Assembly (NCBI RefSeq): GCF_021028975.2
Contig: NC_059430.1
Coordinates: forward strand, 50,468,001-50,532,000
DNA: 64,000 nt
Reading direction: 5' to 3'
Source: Sphaerodactylus townsendi
Taxonomy: Eukaryota
In this document: positions 26,031-34,575 of the stretch, piece by piece
How the letters are laid out: each line of letters opens with the position of its first letter
How positions within the stretch are numbered: the stretch's first letter is position 1
The notes under the pieces: generated by a model
The model's database searches: none
Told to the model about the DNA's origin: nothing
What the model saw: the letters and a program-made list of their open reading frames with translations, nothing else
Program-made: the position numbers and the translations under genes

Positions 26031-27259
26031 GCATTTTGTTCGGGATGGCAGCAGCAAACTGCTAAGGTGACTCTCATAATGATAATGACGGGTTTGCCTT
26101 AGGTTTGCTTCCGGGGCAACAATTCTATGGACTGCAAAACATGTACTCACCATCCCCTATTGTGTCAAATGGGATTTCAGAGAAGATAGGGACTGCACCT
26201 TTGAGGGTCCATTACTGGGGAGTCCATGACACAAACCTCACCAAATTGGTGCAGGCTCATTAGGAGAGTATTCTGCATATAGCGGCACAGTTTTGTAATT
26301 CCAGCTGACCAATTGCACCCTGCCAGCAGGCACAACCTGAAAATCTCCATGTTAGATCTTTTACATCCAGTCCTGGATGTAACGTGAGGATTTCAGTTCC
26401 TCAGCTTAGCAGAAGAAGAGATAGGATCCACCCCCCCCTTCTCTCCCACAGAGGATCCAAGAGACAGGCAATCTCCTTGTCCCAGCCAAACCCCACCTGT
26501 AAGGGAGGTGGTGATGAGAGACCTGGCATAATCTGTGTATGGGCCAAGGTCACCCAGCTGGCCTGTGTGGGAGTGCACAGGCTGAGCTGAATTCCCCAAA
26601 TACACATGTGCAGTGCAGTCATGTTAGCTGGGAGCAGAAACATGTTCCTAAGCATTGTAATGTCCCTGCTCTGAAACACTGCATCACTTTGCAAGTTCCA
26701 TTGCTTTCCCCACCCCCATCCCCTGTGCGAGGCAAGTGCGCTCAGAGGAGGGGGGTGACTGGGTCTGCTTTGTCCACGCTGGCCACCCACAGCCAGATGA
26801 AGGTGGATGTGTGGGTCCCATCCCCTGAGCCCTTCACCTGCAGCCAGTGCGTGGAGCTGACCAATCCACCACGAACATGGGCTTCCAATCACCTTTCCCT
26901 TCCTCCCCTCACAACAAGCACCCTGTGAGGTGGGAGGGGCGTAGAGAGCTCCGAGAAGCTGCGACTAGTCCAAGGATACCCAGCTGGCGTGTCTGGGAGT
27001 GCACTGGCTACTGTGAATCATCCAGACCAGCATGTACAGCTCTGTCAGCATAGCCCTAAACCACTAAAGCTGTCACTGTGCCAGTGATGCCGTGTCAGGG
27101 TGGGGGATGAGCCATCCCCAAACAGCATCAATGTCCATGTTGTGCTGTCTGGAGACATGGCATTGTCCCTTTAAGGTGGCGTTAATGTAGGAGTTAGGAC
27201 TGTCCAGGTAACATAATATTGGCAAAGATGCTGTTTGAGGGTGGACTGTAGCATCACAT

Positions 27260-27394
27260 NNNNNNNNNNNNNNNNNNNNNNNNNNNNNNNNNNNNNNNNN
27301 NNNNNNNNNNNNNNNNNNNNNNNNNNNNNNNNNNNNNNNNNNNNNNNNNNNNNNNNNNNNNNNNNNNNNNNNNNNNNNNNNNNNNNNNNNNNNN
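27260..27394. other. Assembly gap (N)
   Basis: Run of N inside the Harbinger. Confidence 1.
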
Positions 27395-27900
27395 CCTGCA
27401 GACATATGCCTCTGAAGGAGTGGTGCCAGGGGTAGAAGTGTGAAGAGCATGGCCACGCCGTCGGAGCTTCAGACAGGCCCCCCCCCTTCACATGTGTCCC
27501 TGGTGATTTCAGTGCATGGACAAGCACCTTTCACAGATCCCTCTTGCCTATGCAGATAGTGGCTGCCCATACAAGCTGCGGTGTCACTGGTGACAAAACT
27601 GGGACTGACAGGAGCAGGGAGGAGAGCCAGACTGAGGGGGGGGGGGCAGCCAGAACATCAAGCTAGTCACGCGCATGGTCGCAGGCGCGTACCGGCGGAG
27701 GATTGGGCGACCGCCCATCCGAAAGAGAGGCGGTGCTGCCTCCCCCACAGAAGGCTCATCAGCTGGCCGCTGTGTGCCATGCAGGTGTCCGTGGCCACCC
27801 GCACTTCGTACTGCTCCTGCATGCCTGCGATCCCTGCCTGCTGGAGCATCTCTCCCTTATTCACGTTGCCCAACCAGATGGCAACTCTCCATATGATTAC
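27395..27900 (-). pseudogene. Second, degenerate transposase 5' remnant
   Basis: TDTCMAHSGQLMSLLWGRQHRL matches TDTFMARRGQLMRRLVGRLRRHL of the main transposase. Adjacent DNA is homologous to 34230-34420. Confidence 0.7.
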
Positions 27901-27998
27901 TAGTGCCACTGGGCACCTGACCAGGGACGGAAAACAGCTGGGGGGAGAGTGGATGACAGATTGGGTGAACAGTCGAGGCGGCAGGACACTCCCCTCTG

Positions 27999-28095
27999 CC
28001 AATCATGCTGCTGAGCAGCCGTGACGTCGGGCTGACGCGGCTTCGCGAACGCGCTGCTCCGACAGGGCGAAGCGACACGCCGCTCCCACAGCGCG
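27999..28095 (-). promoter_or_regulatory. Putative transposase promoter module, copy 2
   Basis: CCAAT at 27999 and TGACGTC at 28022, then GCGGCTTCGCGA. Confidence 0.5.
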
Positions 28096-29034
28096 TTTTT
28101 TGACCAAGCAGTGCCAAACTTCTAGTGAGTGTTTGGGGGGCCCTCTTGAAGATACTCACTGCAAGTGGTGAGGTTTGATTTAGGGTAGCCGAAGGTATGG
28201 ACTCCCAAAGGGGGTGTCCCTATCCCCCATTATTCCCAATGGGAGCTATTGGGAGATGGGGGCTAAGGTTTTGAAGGTCCATAACTTCGGCCCCCCTGGA
28301 CTAAACTGCACATAAGTTGGGGGGTTCCATAAGGACAGTCTCCTAACGATCTGCTGGAACTGTGGTGCTGATATGTCTAACAATGTGTACGAAACCAATG
28401 AAGAGCACAGCGCATACAGACAGTTCAATTCGTGAGACCTTCGAATCAGGATGAGTAAGCAGAGAAGGAAATAGCAGTAATAATTACATGGCACAGAAGT
28501 CAAGCACAACTAGCCACTAAAGCTAGTCAATCAGCCAACCCTTATTGCCAGACCTACATCGGGGGCAATTCTCACTCCCCAAGGTCACGGGGGATCCACG
28601 TTGCTTCACATATTTATTTTCATTTTAATAATATGGTATCCTGGGGGGGCGGTGGTGGGCATTTGCACATGTTCTTGGGAAGCATCCACAGATTTTGGAA
28701 CAACTGCTGAGTGGCCTCGTGCCGATGTGCCCACATTTAGTGGATTCCGACAGAATCCGACATAGGGAGGTGAAAAAGAAATGGTGGCCACGGAATTTCC
28801 CCAAGCTTGTTAATCAGGCTGTGCGCCGCATCCAGAGTGGTTCGCCGGAGGCTCGAGTCAACATTCGAGAGTACAGTTGTCGACCCCGCAAATGGCGGCG
28901 CGTACCTCACGTGGCCGCGTAGCTCCAGTGCGTGTGTACGTTTCCCGTTTTGGGTTCAAATGGGCCAATGGAGTTTCTGGAAAGTTAACTGCCCAAAGCC
29001 CCCCTTCCGTTTTCCCTTTATTCTCTGGTCTGCC

Positions 29035-29147
29035 ATGGAAGGAGCTAGACATGGAGTGGCCTGGCAGCCGGAGGAACTGAACATCATGTTCAGCACGATC
29101 CGGAATTGCGGATACGCCGCACTGTTAATGGGCAGCCTAGCTCTACG
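29035..29147 (+). pseudogene. Truncated Myb/SANT-like 5' fragment (Myb3), inverted paralog of Myb2
   Basis: MEGARHGVAWQPEELNIMFSTIRNCGYAALLMGSLAL compared with Myb2 GVYWQAQEEVTIL..RVKDREDAPWLSLMASTGL. Upstream TTGGGTTCAAATGGGCC (28950-28966) matches the reverse complement of 32701-32717 at 16/17. Confidence 0.65.
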
Positions 29148-29685
29148 GTAAATATGGTGCTAGTGAAAGTGGAATGGGGAAAGGTGACCTATGTTCCATG
29201 CTCCTTGGATTACAAGGTCCTAGATGGGTACAATAACTGCACGACAGATGTGATGTCACCGTGCTTTTCTGTTCTAATCAGAGAGAGGCTAATCCTTGGC
29301 AGCATCTCCTTACCCATGTTAAAGGACATGAAATATGGGGGTAAAATGAGTCCACTGTGTTCCCTGTGGTGTTTCCCCTATTGTCTAGCACCAGCCTAAT
29401 TGGGTGAGTGGTGCATCCACTGCACAATGAGGGGTGGAGAATTGGTGCCAGAAAGGGAAGGGGAGGGGACCCAGCATCTGGGCATGGCCCTGCCACCCTA
29501 GCGGAGGGAGGGGGAGGGGAGGGGCTTGTGAGTGTGTGCAGGGACTGTGGAGATGCAGGAACACAAAGATGAGACAAATGCAAACAGTTAAAAAGTTTTA
29601 TGTATTGTCGAAGGCTTTCACGGCCGGAATCACTTGGGTGCTGTGTGGTTTCCAGGCTGTATGGCCGTGTTCTAGCAGCATTCTC

Positions 29686-29728
29686 TCCTGACGTTTCGCC
29701 TGCATCTGTGGCTGGCATCTTCAGAGGA
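29686..29728 (-). ncRNA. Minimal hammerhead ribozyme motif (antisense arm)
   Basis: Reverse complement of TCCTGACGTTTCGCC...GGCATCTTCAGAGGA gives the same intact core. Confidence 0.75.
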
Positions 29729-29753
29729 TCATGGAGTTTCTGAAATCTTCAGA

Positions 29754-29796
29754 TCCTCTGAAGATGCCAGCCACAGATACAGGCGAAACGTCAGGA
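29754..29796 (+). ncRNA. Minimal hammerhead ribozyme motif
   Basis: TCCT-CTGAAGA-TGCC-loop-GGC-GAAAC-GTC-AGGA: CUGANGA and GAAA cores, GUC cleavage triplet, short helices I and II. Confidence 0.75.
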
Positions 29797-30101
29797 GAGA
29801 ATGCTGCTAGAACACGGCCATACAGCCCGGAAACCACACAGCACCCAAGTTAAAAAGTTTTATTGAACACACACAATGACAAAAGCACAACTTCCCCAAC
29901 AGTCCCTGATACCCTCCCCCAATCCCACAGCACAACCCCCCTAACCCACAACAAGTCCCACCTAGCCCACAACAGCCCACCCTAACCCTCCAGAACCCCC
30001 AACACACAACAACAACACCCTAACCCACAACAAGCACTTGCCCACAACTATTGTGCAATGTCCTTGCCCCAGTGCCCCTCTGTCCAAAATCCCACACGCC
30101 A

Positions 30102-32625
30102 TCACTGCGAGTCCTCCGAACTAGAGGGCAGACCTGCCAGGTGCGGGGCAGGCCCACCCCACTGTGGGGCTTCTGGTGGCGCCCCTGGAGCAGAGGAGGG
30201 AGGACTGGCTGGCACTGTGCTGGCCTCCTCCAGGTCAGAGGGCACAGGGGTGGTGCTGCAGTTGGTGGAGGAGGAGGCAGCCTGCTGTGTCCCACTGCCT
30301 GGTCCTGAGCTTAGGACCAGCGGTTGCTCTGTGGGGGGTGGAGGGGAACGATCCCCTGCCACCTGCCGCCGCTCTACCACTGCCAGCCGCTGCTCGACCG
30401 CTGCCAGCCGCCGTCCCATGCGTGCCAGTCACCGATCCATGTGAGCCACTGCAAAAGAGGAGCATAATTAGCTGGGGCAGCTCTTCCCAGCTGCCCATGG
30501 CCTGGCCAGCTGGCATTGTTGACAGTCATTCCCGCTTCCCAATGTGACTTCCATCACTGTGCCACACCCAGAGCAGGCTGCAGCAGAGCAGTCAGAGGGA
30601 GTCTGTGCAATCTGTTCTTACACAGCTGGAAGCAGTTGCAGTGCTGCTGCTGTGGTTGGTGGCCTGCTGCTGCCATTCCAGATGGCCCTGGAGGGGAGGA
30701 AGTTGAATGTCACATTTACTGGGCCACAACACTTGTACATGGGGGGTCGGGGGGGGACATGATCCTCCATGTCATGGCCTCTGCAACTGGCTGGAGCAGG
30801 GATGCTGTTGTACCCATGCACGGGGGAGGGGCCACAACCCCACCTGCCCTCAGGTCATGACTGCCCCTCCCATAGCCCTGTTGTGGCCACAATAGGTATA
30901 TGAGAAGCTGAATGAGCTCAGTCATGGCACACTCCCTTGACCTACCCTTCTCTCTCCCTCCCCTCTGGGCAGCAGCATAGATGGAAGATGGAAGATAGTG
31001 CACATTCCCCCCTTGGCCACTGTGTGGCTGGCATCCACCCCCCCCTCCCACAGCATCACTTTCAAAGCTTGTGCACCCAGGGAGTCATTGCTACTGTGGA
31101 TTAGTGGTGAAGGGCAGGTGCACTCTGAGCTGCAGGATCTGGTTTTGTTTCCCTGCTCTGCCACCTGAGCTGTGGAGGCTCATCTGGGGAATGCACATTA
31201 GCCAGTGCCTCCCACACACAGTTGCTGGGTGACCTTGGGCTAGTCACAGCTTGTGGGAGTTCTCTCATCCACACCCATCTCACAGGGTGTGTGGTGTGAG
31301 GGTGCAGGGTCAAGGAAAGAAAGGGGGGATGTCACTCCAAACTACTACTGCGCTTGTACACTGAGGACCTCGGTTTGTCATTTTCAATCCATGGGAATGG
31401 GAGTGTCTGCACAAAAGTAATATGTGTGAATTTGGATGGTGCCTGCTTTCAGGGGTGCAATTGTTCAGCTACAAGCACCAAATTGCCAGGTTATATGTGA
31501 GGGACTCTTCTAAGGATAACACAAAGGTTTGGTGAAGTTTGGTTCAGAGGGCGCACAGGTATGGACTCCCAAAAGTGTTGTCACGATCCTCCATTAGCTC
31601 CCATTTGAAAAAATGGAGGTCAGTGGCACCCCTTTTGGGAGTCTGTATCTGTGGACCCTCTGAACCACAGCTCACCAAATCTGGCTGCCATCATCAGGAG
31701 GTTCCCCCTGAAAAATCCCTGCAGTGTAGTGCAACTGGTTCAAGCAATGCAGGCCAGGCAAAATGCACTTCAGAAAAACAGCCAAATGGTGGCCACACCT
31801 CCAAATGGAGAGGATGGCTTCACATGTGAAGGGGGGAGCATTGAAAACCATGAATTCCCCCCCACCTGAGCACATGAGCTGAAGGTGCGCATGTGCGAGG
31901 CTGCATGTCACCGCACCTGCACACACGCACACTCACGACACCGCATCCCCCCGCAAGCGCCCTGCTTACCTGGTTGCTGGCTTGCCTCCACTGGACGCTC
32001 TTCCATAGAACTGGAAGAGCTCTGGTGTGGGGCCGCAGCCTCGCCTCTCTCCTCGCCTGGCGACACGGAGTCCCCACCAGAGGAGATTTCTGCCTCCTGG
32101 CCCTGGACTGGGCCTTCCAGTGGCTCCCGTGGGGGTGCCAGGGCGTGGCGTCGAGCGGCGGCGCCTGTCGGAAACAAATAACAATCAGATGGGATCCTAC
32201 ACAGGGAACCCACCTGCGCACAATCGCGTGTGCGCACGGTCGCGAGCTCGAGTAAACGCGCACTCACCTTCAGGCCGATGGTCCACCCAACGGGGCTCCC
32301 CAGCCAGCCGCCACAGCTGGCGCATGGCAGCAAAATGCGGGGGCCAAGCGGAGCGGCGAGGGTGGCCTTCATAGGCCTCCATTGCAGAGAAGAAGTCCCT
32401 TTTGAGGGCCTTCCACTTGGTGCAGGCTTGCACCTCTGTACGGTGGAAGCCTGCACGCTGGAGTGCCCTCGCCACCGCCCGGAACGCCCGTCGATTGGGC
32501 AGTCCCGTGCTGGCCATGAGGGATAGCCAAGGCGCGTCTTCGCGGTCCTTGACGCGCGCGTGAGGCGAGGATGGTGACCTCCTCCTGCGCCTGCCAGTAG
32601 ACTCCCACGCCTGGGTGCACCTCAT
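30102..32625 (-). pseudogene. Second Myb/SANT-like gene (Myb2), spliced
   Basis: GVYWQAQEEVTIL...NRRAFRAVARALQRAGFHRTEVQACTKWKALKRDFF...PPHFAAMRQLW. GT-AG exons 32625-32268, 32164-31970, 30687-30622 and 30448-30102, all phase 1. The last exon is coiled-coil-like (RRLAAVEQRLAVVERR) with one TGA, probably from CGA. 5' frameshifts. TATATA at 32667 and AATAAA on - at 29859-29864. Confidence 0.82.
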
Positions 32626-33584
32626 GGCTGTCCCGGGAAATGGCTGGGAAAAGGGAAGGGACCCTCTATATAGAGAGTAGATCTGGCCCTGTAGCAATTC
32701 GGCCCATTTGAAGCCAACAGACTTCCAGCGGCTACGGCAGCCTCAGAGGGACTCCTTTTTAAAAATCACGCCGCCATGGGGATGCGCTCGCAGCCCTCGC
32801 GAATTCCCACGCCATCAAGGCAAGAGCCGCGGAGAGGGCGCACAGATCCCTCCTCTTCGGCTGCGGTGACGCACCCCTGTTTCCCGAAAAGAAATGAAAT
32901 ACACACAACGCTAAAAGTAGTTTGTAGAAATTGTCATTTGCACTTAGTACAGCCAAGGGTGTGCATTTTCGCCCCACAGATCAAAAGCACCACTCAGGCC
33001 CCCACTTGGCATACTCTGCAACACCGCCGCTGGAGCCACAGCCAGGAGATCAGGCTGCCCCAATGCCAGTCATTGGATGGCAGCAGCCCACACCCTTTGT
33101 TGCTGGTGGCCAGCTCTGAAGCGATACCCAGGTAGGGCATTTCTGACAGCCTGCTCCTGACACCTGTGGGTGTCAACCTGGGGGTTGTACAGATGCCCAT
33201 GTGGTGGCATAGGCACATCTTCCTGATGCTGCCCTGCTTCTTCAGTGTAGCAGTATAATCTATCAATATATAGAAGAAGAGTTGGATTTATATGCGCCCT
33301 CCATTTCTGTCCTGCAGGAGACTCAAAGGGGCTGATATTGCCCTTCCCCCCTGGCATAACAGACCCCTGTGAGGGAAGAGGTGGTTGCCTGAGAGAACTG
33401 AGAGAGGCTGTGTATGGGCCAAGGTCACCCAGCTGGCATGCGTGGGAGTGCTCAGCTGAAGCTGCATGTCCCAGATACACATGTGCAGCTCCATCAAGTT
33501 AGCAGGGAACAGACACCTGTTCCTCAGTTTTGGAATGCCCATGCTCTCCAACACCACAACATCACTTTGCCATTGGATGCTGTT

Positions 33585-33940
33585 TTTCGTAAGAACTGCT
33601 CTCCAGCGAACTATAATTCCTATCGAAGTCGCCGTCAGCATGGCCAATTGGCCATGCTGGTAGGCTGATGGGAATTGTAGTTCCCGAACATCTGGAGAGC
33701 CGCAGGTTCCCTACCAGTTGCAGTAGACTTCCGCGTTTTCCGATAGCGAACTGATAATCATCAAGTTTCGTCAGCATGGCCAATTGGCCATGCTGCAGGG
33801 CGATGGGGAATTGTAGTCCTGAACATCTGAGAGCCAAGAGGTTCCTGGCCCTGGCGTGGGGAGTAGGGACACCGGCTCAGATGTTTTAGGAACGCTAATT
33901 CCCATCAGCCTCTCTGTCAGCATGGCCAATTGGCCATGTG
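33585..33940. mobile_element. About three tandem, garbled copies of the palindromic hAT MITE
   Basis: Repeated CAGCATGGCCAATTGGCCATG and GGGAATTGTAGT motifs shared with 43001-43148. Confidence 0.7.
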
Positions 33941-34476
33941 ATGAGCTGATAGTAGACCTGGCCTCGACATTCTACCTGGCGATGGTCTTTATTCCTAGGC
34001 AGCATCAATGTCCACATTTTGCTACCTGGGGACATGGGATTTTACCTCTCAGGTGGCCTTAGCGGAGCAGCTCAGACTCTCCAGTTGACACACCATTGTC
34101 AGTAATGCTGTTTGAGGGTGGCCTGCAGCAACACAGCAGCTGCCAGGGGGAGGGGCAGGGTAGGGCAGGGCAGTCTCCACTCCCTGCCAGCAGAGTGATG
34201 TTTTTTAGGAGCTGGCCCAGGGTTGTGGCCAGGATGGCCACACCTTTGGAGCTTTGAGAAGTTTGGTCACTTCCCCCCCTCCCCCGCCCCTTAAGTGTGT
34301 CTCTGGTGATTTCTCTGAATGGTCCAGCACCTTCCCCAGATTCGTATAGGCTGCACAGACAGTGGCTGCCCATACAAGCCGTGGTGTCACAGGTGACATA
34401 AACTGGGACTGACAGTAGCTGGGAGGGGAGGCGATGACAGCTGGGGGTGGCCAAAACTTTAGGGTAGTCACGTTGG

Positions 34477-34575
34477 CCAATCGCGCTGCTGTGCGGGCAT
34501 GACGTCGGCCCTGCGCGGCTTCGCGAGTGCGCAGCCGCAACGGAGCGTAGCAAGAAGCCACTTCTGCAGCGCCTC
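34477..34575 (-). promoter_or_regulatory. Putative promoter module, copy 3, in the right subterminal region
   Basis: CCAAT at 34477 and TGACGTC at 34500, then GCGGCTTCGCGA. Same 23-bp spacing as the other two copies. Confidence 0.5.

Larger units (their letters stand above)
29602..29847. mobile_element. Short Penelope-like (Poseidon-type) insertion with inverted repeat
   Basis: 16-bp TSD AGTTAAAAAGTTTTAT (29586-29601 and 29848-29863). Inverted arms TGGGTGCTGTGTGGTTTCC...GGATC / GATCC...GCACCCA. Confidence 0.85.
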
